Positions 41,922 to 55,280 of a DNA stretch of 64,000 nucleotides are shown here, in pieces. The position numbers were made by a program, and so were the translations under genes. This stretch comes from the human T2T-CHM13v2.0 reference genome, Homo sapiens. The notes below the pieces were generated by a model, which had not been told where the DNA came from, made no database searches, and saw nothing but the letters and a program-made list of their open reading frames with translations. The stretch is taken from the NCBI RefSeq assembly GCF_009914755.1, contig NC_060932.1; one strand, given 5' to 3'. How positions within the stretch are numbered: the first letter of the stretch is position 1; every line of letters begins with the position of its first letter.

Positions 41922-44900
41922 GTTTTTGTTTTGTTTTGTTTTGTTTTCCTTTCAAGATAGCAGATAGGAGGCAGTGCTAGTGTGCCTCTCCCACTTGGAA
42001 GGACAGAATATTATGTGATGATTCACACTGTGAACTTTTGTTCCAGGAACCACTCACCAAAAAAAAAAAAAAAAAAAAAATGAAAACATCCTCAGATCCT
42101 TTGAAAGAAGTGACATGCCACAGCAAACTCTGTGAAACAGGTGAAAAACTGTGAGTTTCCAGAAGCAAGAAGGGGAGAGCTTGCCTTCAAACACATCCCC
42201 ATTGGGAATCTGAAAATCCAGACACAAGAAAAGGCTTTAACCCTACCTAGAGCTGGAACAGTTTTAGGGAGTGGCGTGAAATATAAAAGTAGAAGCAGCA
42301 GTGGGAAGAGCCTTGTAGGCACTCCCAGTCTCCAGCTCAAGCCCAGGGAAGCCATTCCTAAGTATATCTCACAGCGGCCCATGGGGAAGGCACCAAACAA
42401 ACTCAGGGAGGGGTCACAGGGTGAAAGAAGCTTCCAGCTGAATTTTGTGATGTAATTTCAAGTGGGCATGAACTCCCTTGAACAGAGCCTGGGGGCAAGG
42501 AGGAAGGGCATTGCAGATACAAGCACAGGAACTGGGCACCTGGACTTGCAGGCAGGTAGGGAGGGGCAAGGCCTGAAAGCCATGCTTGTTTTCTCAGTGG
42601 GGAAGCTTATGGCATGGGGCAGGTCCGAGTTTTATGCACAGGCTGCCTGGAGCTAAACTTGGCACTGTTAGTGGGGCACTGTGGGAGTGAGACTAGCCTC
42701 ACCAACAGCCTAGTAGCTGGGTGGGACCTTTCACAACTGGCTATTCCCCACTCCTATTCTGAACTGAACTGTACAGCAGAGGCAGTCATACTCCCCTCTG
42801 GAATGCAACCCCTTTGGATTGAGATCCACCCTCTAATTCCCTACAGTGGCCACAGCCATCCCCACCAAAAAAGAGTCCTAACTCAGACCCACCTAACCCA
42901 GCCCCTACCTGATGGTATTTCTCTACCCATTCTGGTAACTTAATACAGAAGCTCCTGGGAGTTTTATGGCCCCATCCATTGCCTAAAAAACCAGACTACT
43001 TTACCTGGCCAACTTACAGCAAGCTCAAATCCCACTGCTACTACCAGAGCTGATGCTCTCTTGCAAGCACCACCACCTGGCTAGAGGCCAAACAGCTCAG
43101 GCCATTACAGCAACTCTTGGCAGAATAAGCCTACTCCCAGGAAGGAGAAAACAACAGCTAACTCCACTGCCTGCAACACCTTGGCTAACCAGACGTCCTG
43201 ACAACTTCACTACTGGCATAACTGGCATTTGAGAAAGCCAGCATATTAAGCCTATCTACAACCAAGGAACCTCAGAGAGTCTACATCACTCCTCTGCCAC
43301 CTCCATCAGAGCAAATGGTGGAATCCACAGCTGAGAGACCTGAAGACTGGTCACATCATTGGACTCTTGGCAAACATTCCCTAGAACCTGGTAGCCCCCT
43401 TGGGTGGCTAGATCCAAAATAGCAATAACAATCACTGCAATCTGGCTCTCAGGAAGCCCCATTCCTTGTGGAAGGGGGAGAGTACAACACTGAGGGATTA
43501 TCCCATCAGGCCTTGAGTCCCAAATCTTTCTGCTGGTGGGAAGTTTCTCACAGCAGAGACACAATTGCAGTGCTGGGCACAGAGGAAGTCTGCACCTGTA
43601 CCCCAACAGGCAAGCAGCCTCTGTGATTGTGAAGGCCCTTGGAGAAGAGGTCCTTGTTCCCCTATGGCACTCTACTGAAAACATAGCTGGGACTCCCCCA
43701 ACAGGAATGCAGCATAGATGCACCTATAGACAGCCTTCATGGGATCATCAAGTGGGAGCAAAGCTTCACAGGAGGAGCACCCACCAGATTCAGGCCTGCA
43801 CAAGAGGCAGAGTCACAATTCCTCCCTACTTAAAACATCAACATTCCTATAGATGAAAAGAGGTGTCTATCTGATCTGAATAGCCAAAACACTGGGACAG
43901 GACCCTCAATCATCTATACAGTAAATAAAATATTGGGGGGAAATTAAATAAAGAAAGACCAAGAGAGAATGAGATGAGATAAGCATCAAGAGATCCCTGC
44001 CATTCCAACTCCATAGGAGACATTGAACTCACCCACACACAAGAGCATAACTGCTACAACCAGCACTGAGGAAAGCCAGTACACAAAGACTCTCTATAAC
44101 TAAGGAACTCAGACAGAGTCTTCACCCTACAAGCACCAGACTAAAATAAACATTGAAGTCCAATCCTTAAAAGGAGAAAAAATTAAAAAAAAAAAAACAG
44201 TCCAATCGAAACTAAATTCAATAACAAATTGAAGAAATAGTTTATCCAAATGAGTAAAAACCAGAAAAGTAATTATGGTAATATGACAAAACAGGATTCT
44301 ATATATCCCCAGAAGGCCACACTAGCTCCCCAGCAATGGATCCAAACCAAGAAGAAATCTCTGAATTGCCAGATAAAGAATTCAGAAAGTTGATTTTTAA
44401 GCTACTCAAGGAGATACCAGAGAAAGATGAAAAACAACTTAAAGAAAATTTTTGAAAATACAGAATATGGATGAAAAATTTTCCAGAGAAATAGAAATAG
44501 CTTCTGGAAATAAAAGACACACCTAGAGAAATACAAAATGCACTGGAAAGTTTCAACAATAGATTAGACTAAGTAGAAAAAGAACTTTAGAGCTCAAAGA
44601 CAAGGCTTTCAAATTAACCCAATCAGAAAAAGACAAAGAAAAAAAGAATTTAAAAAATTAATAAAGTCTCCAAGAAATATAGCCAAAATGGCCAAAGCTA
44701 AGCATAATTGGTGTTCCTGAGGAATAAGAAATCTAAAAGTTTGGAAAACTTATTTGAGAGAATAATCAAGGAAAACTTCCCTGGCCTTGCTAGAGATCTA
44801 GACATCCAAATACAAGAAGCTTAAAGAACTCCCAGGCAATTCATTACAAAAAGATCATTATCAAGGAACATAGTCATCAGGGTATCTAAAGTCAAGACAA

Positions 44901-47458
44901 AGAAAATAATTTTAAGAGCTATGAGACAAAAGCATCAAGTAACCTATAAAGGAAAACCTATCAGATTAACAGCAGATTTCTCAGAAGAAAACTTACAAGC
45001 CAGAAGGGATTGGGGTCCTATCTTTAGCCTCCTTAAACAAAATAATTGTCAGCCAAGAATTTTGTATTCAGCAAAACTAAGCTTCATAAATGAGGAAGAG
45101 ATAAAGTCTTTTTCAGACAAATGAATGCTGAGAGAATTTTCCATTGCCAGACCAGCACTATAAGAAATGCTAAAAGGGGTTCTAAATCTTGAAACAAAAC
45201 CTTGAAATACATCAAAATAGAACCTCCTTAAAGCACAAATCTCACAGGGCCTGTAAAATAATAACACAATGAAAGAAACAAGGTATTTAGGGAACAACTA
45301 ACATGATGAATAGAACAGTACATTACATCTCAATACTAACATTGACTATAAATGGCCTGAACACTCCACTTGAAAGATATCGACTGGTAGAATGTATAAA
45401 AATCTACCAACCAAGTATCTGCTATCTTCAAGAGACTCACCTAACACATAAGGAATCACATAAACTTAAGGTAAAGGGGTGGAAAAAGATATTCCATGCA
45501 AATGGAAACCAAAAGTGAGCAGAAGTCACTATTCTTATGTCAGACAAAAAAGACTTTAAAGCATCAACAGTAAAAAAAAAAAGAAAAATACAAAGAAAGA
45601 TAGTATATAATGATAAAATGATTAGTCCAACAGGAAGATATTACATTCTTAAATATATATGCCCCTAACACTGAAGTTCCCAAATTTATAAAACAATTAC
45701 TGCTAGACCTGAGAAATGAGATAGATAGCAACACAATAATAATGGTGGACTTCAGTACTCCACTGACAGCACCATCAAGACAGAAAGTCAGCAAAGAAAC
45801 AATGGACTTAAACTATATCCTAGAACAAATGGACTTAACAGATATTTATAGAACATTTTTGTTGCAGGAAGTCAGGGACCCCAAACAGAGGGACCGGCTG
45901 AAGCCACAGCAGAAGAACATAAATTGTGAAGATTTAATGGACATTTATTAGTTCCCCAAATTAATACTTTTATAATTTCTTACACCTGTCTTTACTGCAA
46001 TTGCTGAACATAAATTGTGAAGTTCATGGACATTTATCACTTCCCCAATCAATACTCTTATAATTTCCTATGCCTCTCTTTACTTTAATCTCTTAATCCC
46101 ATCATCTTCATAAACTGAGGATGTATGTCACCTCAGGACCCTGTGATGATCGTGTTATCTGCACAAATTGTTTGTAAAGCATATATGTTTGAACAATATG
46201 AAATCTGGGCACCTTGAAAAGAACAGGATAACAGCGATGTTCAGGGAACAAGGGAGATAACCGTAAGGTCTGACTGCCTGCACGGCCAGGCAGAACAGTC
46301 ATATTTCTCTTCTTACAGAAAGCAAATAGGAGAAATATCACTGAATTATTTTTCTTAGCAAGGAATAGCCCTGGGAAAAGAATGCATTCCCAGGGGGAGG
46401 TCTCTAAAATGGCCGCTCTGGGAGTGTCTGTCTTATGCAGTTAAAAATAAGGGATGAAATACGCCCTGGTCTCCTGCAGCACCCTCAGTCTTGCTAGGAT
46501 TAGGAAATTCCAGCCTGGTGAATTCTAGTCAGACCGGTTATCTGCTCTCGAACACTGTTTCCTGTTAAGATGTTTATCAACAACAATGTATGCCCAGTGG
46601 GACATGGACCTTCATCAGTAATTCTAGTTTTGCCCTGGCCTTGTGATCTCGCTCTGCCTCCTTGCCCTTGTGATCTTTTATTGCTTTCTGAAGCATATGA
46701 TCTCTGTGACCCACTCCCTATTCGTACCCCCCACCCCTTTTGAAATCCCTAATAGAAACTTGCTGGTTTTGTGATTCAGGGGGCATCACGGAACCTGCTG
46801 ACATGTGATGTCAACCCTGGAGGCCTAGCTGTAAAATTTCTCTCTTTTGTACTCTTCATTTCTCAGACCGGCCAACACTTAGGGAAAATAGAAAAGAACC
46901 TACATTGAAATATCGGGGGCTGGTTGCCCTGATACATTTTACCTAACAACTGTGGAATATACATTCAATCCAGCAATCCCACTACTATCCAAAGGAAAAT
47001 AAGTCATTACATGAAAAAGACACATGTACCTGCATATTTTATAGCAGCACAGTTTGCAGTTATAAAAATATGAAACCAACCTAAACACCCATCAACCAAC
47101 CAGTGGATAAAGAAAATGTGGTATATATACACCATGGAATACTACTCAGCCATAAAAATGGAACAGAGGCTGTTATTCTAAGTGAAGTAACTCAGGAATG
47201 GAAAACCCAATATCATACGTTCTCACTTGTAAGTGGGAGCTAAGCTACAAGGATGCAAAGGCATAGGAATAATATAACGGACTTTGGGGACTCAAGGAAG
47301 TGTGGGGGGTGGTGAGGGATAAAAGACTACAAATTGGTTACAGTGTACATTGCTCAAGTGATGGGTGCACCAAAATCTGAGAAATCACCACTAAAGAACT
47401 TATCCATGTAACAACAACCACCTGTTTCCCAAAAACTGTTTAAATAAATTAAAAAAAA
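41922..47458 (+). mobile_element. L1PB (L1PB1/2-like) with 5'UTR, ORF1 and internally deleted ORF2
   Basis: 5' caagatagcagataggaggcag; ORF1 remnant (VTYKGKPIRLTADFS); EN remnant (YLQETHL); 3' end gatgggtgcaccaaaatc...aaatcaccactaaagaactt; TSD aaaagacagg/aaaagatggg. Confidence 0.92.
45860..46934 (+). mobile_element. MER11 solo LTR (HERV-K11/HML-8), MER11C-like length
   Basis: Starts tgttgcaggaagtcagggacccc, ends atcgggggctggttgccctgata; exact 6-bp TSD CATTTT (45854-45859, 46935-46940). Confidence 0.95.
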
Positions 47459-47468
47459 AAAAGATGGG

Positions 47469-48300
47469 AATGAGAACAGACAAGTCTCTAACCACCATTC
47501 TCTGACAAATAGTGGGACTATAAAGCTATCCCTGAGGCAACAGTTGAAAAATCCACTGGTAGCCTTGCCAGGCAAAAGCAAATTGGCCTTGTGATTGTTT
47601 GGAGAGAGAAATGCTGAGAAAGGCGTTAGCAAAATCTAAGACAATGTGATGTATCTCCAGCATGGACACTATGTAGTTGACTACCTGAGTGATATTAGGA
47701 ACTGCAACATACACGGCTAGGGTTACCTTGTTTAATTCCCAATAATCCACAGTCGTCTGCCACATACTGTCTGCTTTGCATTCAGGCCAGATGGGACTCT
47801 TAAACTGGCTTTGAACTGGGCAGAAAATATACACATTTGCCATTTCTCCAATAGGTGCATTTATTTCAATATATCACTGCCCACAAGGCAATTTTTTTGT
47901 TTAACATTAACAATCTGCTTAGGGTCAGGGAGCTGTGCAGGGTCTCATTTTTCCACTCCCCTGAAGATAGCCTTTACTATAGGCACCTTCAATCTGAATT
48001 CTCCCACAGCAGTTTGCAAAATCTCTGTTAACACAATATCCATGCCTAAATTGTCTTCTGGAATAGGGGAAATAAATACCTTACACAGGACACACGGAGC
48101 TTTTCCAATTCCTAAATGTATTAAAATCCTTTTTACTCAGATTGTTTGCACCCATAACCATTAATGGCCATCCATTGACCAGGGTTTTTTTAGATTTCTA
48201 TGGATTAAATTAAATTCTGCCCCAGTATCTACTAAGGCAATAGTCTTCTCTTTATTCTGGAAGAACTAGTAAATCATGAGCACAGTATTGGGCCTCTGGT
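47469..48300 (-). pseudogene. pol: Protease and RT N-terminal remnant of the class III provirus
   Basis: ALVDTGAEF (aspartic protease DTG, about 48212-48238); SPIWP..K...WQTTVDYWELNK..LDFANAFLSI..QGQFAFAWQGYQWIFQLLPQG. Confidence 0.9.
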
Positions 48301-49800
48301 CACCCCCTATGGCTCGAACACAGAGTTGACTTTGGCCTCACTCCTAATCTCGGGGTTGAGGTGGGATCCACACTCAATAGCCTAAGACATTAGATGGAGG
48401 AGGGTTGAGTTGTCTTCCTCTTCTGCCAGCAGGGCAGAGGGACAGGATCAAACTGCTGGTCAGGCTGTAGTTCTCTCCATAAGGCTACTAAAACAGCATT
48501 TGGTTGTATATTTTTTTCTTGGGGTGTTTCTGCTCCCAACAAATCATACCATGTTTATTTACATGTGACCCTTACCAGTCACTTTCCCCCTTTTCTCCTG
48601 TCTTTGGGGTTTTCTTTTTGCCCTTTGTTAGTTCATGTCTGGTTACCAAGTGTACTCTATCCTTGACTTTCCTGGTTTCTCCCAAATCTGTGATAGCTTC
48701 TCCCACCTCCTATGGGATATATGTCTTATGCCACTATAGCACACAACAAAGACAGTTAAGGGCCACACCATTTTTGTAGCAATTTACTTTTTATCCCAAC
48801 AGTACAAACTGCTTAATCAGGTCCTGCAAAAACCCAAGCATAGGTAGTTTGCCCCATTCCTAAGTCTCAGAGAAATCCTTGCACCCCTTTGATCAACCTC
48901 TGGGAGGTCATCCCTCCTGTTAAGTCCCCTTCATTAGGCCAAGCCTCTTTCATAGCCAGGATGACCCAGTCCATAAGGCAATGATTCCCTTATGTTTGCC
49001 TTGTGTTATAAAAGTGTTGCTGCAGTGCTGGTGTGGATGCTGATGGCACTCATTTTTGTCTGCTTCATTCCCAGCCAAGGAAACACCATAACCCACTGTG
49101 TCCTACAATTGGCCCATCCAAGCTGTCAGGGTTTCCTTAGGTAGTTGTTTAAAGGTCTTTGCAATCTCTAATAGTTCTGCAGCAGTGTCTTCCCTGATAG
49201 TGAGAGTCTCCTGTATGGTTAACTCCCATTTAGCTGCATTTGTTGAGCCTTTGCTTTGCTTTGCATGAGGAAGGAGCTTGCCAATGATCCTCGTCCTCCT
49301 CCTTATCTATTACTTTTATGTCACCCGAGTCTTCCTCTTCATAACATTCCAGAGATTCCATGTTTTCACATCACAATCAGGCTTAGTTATGATAGCTCCG
49401 AATTTTTGTTATTTCCATTTCTTTCTCCCTAGGTAGACAAATCTACATGCTAATGTTTCGAATTTTGTCTCTTAGTCTTCAAAGTTGTCCACTAAATTGA
49501 AAGCAAGGAGAGAAATTGAAAGGCTCATGTCCTTTTCTAGTTGCAATTCCTCTTCCAGCCATTTAATTTTAGCTTCTGCTGCTAGCTGGGTCCTTGCTAG
49601 CAAATGAATGGCCCACAGAAGTGGCCAACCCACTGCAGGGGCCATCCACTGCCCTTCCTTACTGCAGTGTGCTCTACAGCTTTTAGTGAATAACTGCTGT
49701 AGGTCAACCAGCATTTTGGGGGCACCTGTACTCAGAGATCCACAAGCATCTAAGAGAGGTGCCACCCCACCCCACATAGATGTGGCTGACCATCCTGGAA
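48300..49800 (-). pseudogene. gag: gag remnant of the class III provirus
   Basis: Between PBS and protease; ORF 49472-49879 has ERVL/HERV-S-like W..VA..L and VGWPLL motifs followed by a coiled-coil-like stretch. Confidence 0.65.
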
Positions 49801-49849
49801 TTTTCCCCAAAGATGCCTCATTCTTTGTACATATTTCTTGGTCAGTCAG

Positions 49850-49867
49850 CTCCTGGCTAGCTTGCCA
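49850..49867 (-). promoter_or_regulatory. Primer binding site, tRNA-Arg(ACG)
   Basis: Plus strand ctcctggctagcttgcca matches the tRNA-Arg(ACG) 3' end CTCCTGGCTGGCTCGCCA at 16/18; 2 nt from the LTR edge. Confidence 0.85.
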
Positions 49868-49869
49868 AA

Positions 49870-50271
49870 TGTTCTGCATTGAGCAGACCTACCCACAAAG
49901 AATGAGGACACTGAGAGCTGAAGAAAGAGGCTGACAAACAGTTTTTCAAAAACAAAATATTTAATAGGGACAAACAGAAATAATGTGTCAGGCAGCCATG
50001 AGATAGTGAATTCCTGAACCTACCCTCCAGAAAATATCCTTCAGATAGCAAGCTTTTAGGGTAAAACATGTGCAACTGAACACATCTCAGACTTTCTTGC
50101 CAAAACTCATGATCACCAGGGAGGTTAGATAAGCATGTTTATGAGGGGTTGTCTATGTCTTAAGACCTTGCTGAAGAACACCTTAGAAGGCATGAGTCAA
50201 GTATCAGTCATCATGGTGGTTTCGCTTCAAGATGGTATCACCCTTGCCATGCAACAGGCTGTTTTCCTACA
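49870..50271 (-). mobile_element. 5' LTR of class III provirus (LTR47-like)
   Basis: Direct repeat of 38643-39071; adjacent PBS; degenerate 5-bp TSD attgt/gttgc. Confidence 0.9.
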
Positions 50272-50289
50272 GTTGCCCTGAAGCAAGGA

Positions 50290-51360
50290 GGCTGAGCAAT
50301 TTTTAAGACTATCTAGAAATATCTAGCCACTTGTTTGATATTTTCTAAGTTGGCAATTTCACATTTAATTTAATTTCTTCTTATTAAATTTATTAATTCA
50401 AGTTTGAGGCCACTTACAAAACCAAAGGACATGGTTCCCTTTATTTCAGCATTGGGGTCTACCCTAGAATACAACTTGAATATTTTCTTAGATCTACTTT
50501 TCATTTTTTATTTAGTTTAAAATTTTGATTATTATTTGATTGATTATTATTAATTTCTTTTAATTATTATTAAAAGAAAGACTTAGGAAGTATTCTGTTT
50601 TTACTTCTTAAGCTTTAAGCATTAGTGTTCTTTAAATCTCCTCTTTTCTACCCTGACTCTCTTAAATGAATTTTACCATCTGAGGGAGCTAACAATTATT
50701 TGATTAGTTAGTGCAGATCTTCAGTTCAGGATAAGTATCCAGTAAAGTCCTGAATTCCATAGGAAACTTTTGCCTGATCTTTTAAAGTTTAAGAAACTCC
50801 TTAATTATATAGACCCTGACTTTACTCTGCATCAAAGTTTTAATCCCACTTCCATAGATCTGAGTTCTGTCAAATTTATGAGTGTTCTTTGCTTTAGAAA
50901 GCCCTGAAAGAAAATCAAATATTACATAAAGCTCAGTAGAAAAACAGAGATGAAAGAAGATAAGTTTCCAAAAGTTCCAAAGTATTTGTTATACGAAATC
51001 AATCTTGGATTTTTAATTTTATTAGAGCCTTTAGTGTATCTATTAATAACTGACTATTGCTTATTTCATGTTAAGAGCTCCTCTTACACATATTAATTTA
51101 CTGATTTTGACATGTCATATGTTATTTTGACATTGTTAATTTCTTTCTTTATTTTTCTTTTTTCACCCTTTCATTTCTCTGTTTACCAAGGAAAGTACAA
51201 CAATTGGGATTACAGTGCAACTTTTTATATAATAGAAAGTAGATGTTTTCCAGGAGAAAGTTGAGACTTTTACATAGACAAACCCGTGACAGGGTAGAAG
51301 GAGGAGCCACTCCAGTTGGTTGGCAGTATGTGCTTATGAATAACTCGGGTCTGCAGACCA
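50290..51360 (-). pseudogene. gag remnant of the ancient class I provirus
   Basis: My translation near 50310-50430: FVSGLKLELINLIRRN*IKCEIANLENIKQVARYF (capsid C-terminal-like); NPNCCTFLGK near 51190-51215 resembles an epsilon-like gag N-terminus. Confidence 0.5.
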
Positions 51361-51749
51361 AGCTGAGGTGAAGAAGATATTATATGATCCATCAAGGAAT
51401 ACAAATTAAAGAAAGAGACCCTCTATAACAAATTGACAAGACAAGGTGTGCAGACATGACAGATTTAGAGGGTGCCTACAAAGCTTGGCCACTTTCTTTT
51501 GCATAATTTTTTTAATGGATCCATAACTACAGGACTTCAGGACCTACCTGGATTGGATTGAGAATAAAACAAGACTGCACATATTGACAAAATCAAAGTA
51601 AGCTGCATATATTTAATGGAAAACATATTTGTAAAATGGTATACCTCCAAAAAAAAGGTCTGTTAAACTTATACAAAGAGATGTTTAATTACCAAATGGT
51701 GCACTTCCAAATCAAAAAGTCCAAATGAATTTTTTAAAAAACTAGGCCT

Positions 51750-52978
<1,229 letters not shown>

Positions 52979-53514
52979 AAAAAACTAGGCCTAATTTCTT
53001 ACCTTATACCAAGATCTACTTGGCTTAATCTCTATGATAACAAAATTAATTTAGCAATGAGAGTTTAATAAAACTAATCAAAGCTCAGATCGTTGTTTGA
53101 CTCCAAAGCAGCAGATCTGAAGGGACTTTGTTGGGAGGGGTCCTGTGAATATACCTGTGATCCAAGTGTTTGCTGAGATGTTGCCTTGCAAAGGTATTCA
53201 AAATTATGTCCATGGTACCTTAAGAATTGTCAAAGATGGGACCACCATACAATATTTGAAATAAAAAGACAAAGCTGAATTTATTGATTACTATATTAAG
53301 GGGGAACAATAATGATCAAGCCCAGTCAGTCTGAGCAGAGACAAGTGCTGATCTTATTTGGGTTTTAGAGGACCATGGAATTTCAGGGCTGGTAGACTTT
53401 CATAGGTGTAAGTGGATAGACAAAATAGAAGTGTGGTTACTCAGGTGAGACTGTTGGTGACTGATTAGCACTTGGTGGTGTGTTCACTAGAGATGCACTT
53501 ATTCTACTAAATTA

Positions 53515-54039
53515 CAGATTTTTGTGTTTAACCATTATACAAAACTGCCAATCTAATACATAATGAAGAAATATGTGATACATATATATGAGATATAGAT
53601 TGCTTTTAAGCTAAATAAATCACCAGGGATCAATTTGGATGAATCAAATTCTCAATAAATAACCAAGTGATATGGTTTAGCTGTGTCCCCATCCAAATCT
53701 CAACTCGAATTGTATCTCACAGAATTCCCCCATGTTGTAGGACAGACCCAGGAGGAGGCAATTGAATCATGGGGGCCGGTTTTTCCCATGTTATTCTTGT
53801 GATAGTTAATAAGTTTCGTAAAATCTGATGGGTTTATCAGGGGTTCCTGCTTTTGCTTCTTCCTCATTTTCTCTTGCCACCACCATGTAAGAAGTACCGT
53901 TTCCCCCCACCATGATTCTGAGGCCTCCCCAGTCACGTGGAACTCTAAGTCCAATTAAACCTTTTTTCTCTTCCCAGTCTTGGGTATGACTTTATCAGTA
54001 GTGTGTAAATGGACTAATACCCCAAGGTTTTTAAAAATC
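53515..54039 (+). repeat. Direct copy of 54679-54845 (interrupted by THE1 LTR)
   Basis: agattttt(t)gtgttta.ccattatac.aaactgcca.tctaa...aatgaagaaatatgtgata...gatcaatttggatg.atcaaattctcaa.aaata.ccaaggtttt.aaaaatc present at both sites. Confidence 0.92.
53668..54021 (+). mobile_element. THE1A-like solo LTR
   Basis: tgatatggtttagctgtgtcccc ... atggactaatac; exact 5-bp TSD CCAAG (53663-53667, 54022-54026). Confidence 0.93.
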
Positions 54040-54471
54040 TATAATACAAAGTTAAAGAAGCAAGAGATTGATCCTAATTGGTGGATTGGTTGGCTTGCAA
54101 AAGCATGTTCACTGAAGTGAGTTGTCACTGAATAACTGAACAGGTTTAAAATACATTCTGGTGGCTACTTATTACCATGGCTACAGAGCAATGAGACTTT
54201 TTCTAAATTTTTGGAAACTTTTAAATTCTTACTTTGCAGAAAGACTTTACGGGGTTTGACTCCCAGCTCTGTCACTTAATTTGCTTTATACCTCTGTATT
54301 TTGACAGATTGCTTGATCACTCAAAACCCCAAGAAAAAAATAAATGTATCTACCTTATAAGATTAGAAGAAATATGGAAATCACCTAGTATTTAGTTTAT
54401 ATTCAAGAAATAAAAAATTTTATTTCATAATCTAAAGTAGGCAAAAGTAGAAGCATGTAGTACTATAGAGA

Positions 54472-54703
54472 AGTTACTGAGTGCCAGACAGTTTTCTAGG
54501 GGCCTTCACATATATTACTCACTTAAACCTACCAACAACCCTCTGATATAGATGACATTGTTATGATTTTCTGCATTTTACAGAAAACTGAAAACACAGT
54601 GCCATTAAGTAAAATACCTAATGTCACACAATTAGTAAGTAGTGGAGCTGGAATTTGAACCTAGACAATCCAGCTGTAGAGATTTTTGTGTTTATCCATT
54701 ATA
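54472..54703 (-). mobile_element. MIR
   Basis: cattttacagaaaactgaa...gtcacacaattagtaagtagtggagctggaatttgaacctag. Confidence 0.8.
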
Positions 54704-55280
54704 CGAAACTGCCAGTCTAAAACACAATGAAGAAATATGTGATAAATATATATGATAATATAGATTGCCTTTAAGATAAATAAACCACCAGGGGATCAAT
54801 TTGGATGGATCAAATTCTCAACAAATAGCCAAGGTTTTAAAAATCAATTAGAATGTTTCTTCTTTCTTTAATAAGGGACTAGGTTACTTGAACAAATCCA
54901 TTCGCCAGGGACCATGAGGAAAACTGGACTTTTTTTTTTAAAGAAAAATGTTTGAAGTAGTGGAGAACTTTTAAAAGTACTGAAGAATAACTGGGATAAT
55001 ATCTAGGATGAGACTGAAATTTAGACATGTAATCTTAGCATGTAGGGCCATGTTTTCAGGGGTCATTTCCTGAGCAGACTAGGCTACGGAGAGCCTGAGC
55101 AGTACTTTTTGACAGCCCTGTTGGTCTAGAGGACTAAGAGTTGAAGTATTGGCCCAGCTGAAGATGGGGGCTTGCAGATTTTCCTCATTCATTGAGTCGG
55201 GAACCCAAAAGACTACACTGTAAAGTAAGGATGAGCCAGAGGTAAACCAATCCTCTTGTGGACTTCATCTGAGCTTCCTG

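Larger units (their letters stand above)
53228..54238 (-). mobile_element. 5' LTR of ancient class I provirus, interrupted
   Basis: Homologous to 34659-35107; split at about 53510-54045 by a duplicated segment and a THE1 LTR. Confidence 0.65.

Noticed and set aside
45915-46085. Tandem repeat of about 90 bp
   Set aside because: Intrinsic feature of MER11 LTRs, not CRISPR-like or novel
49850-49867. tRNA-Arg-like sequence
   Set aside because: Only the 3' 18 nt including CCA, adjacent to an LTR: a retroviral PBS, not a tRNA gene
53200-53228. Possible PBS and TSD for the ancient provirus
   Set aside because: No convincing tRNA complement beside the LTR and no matching flanks (gcatt vs gaaag); too decayed to call
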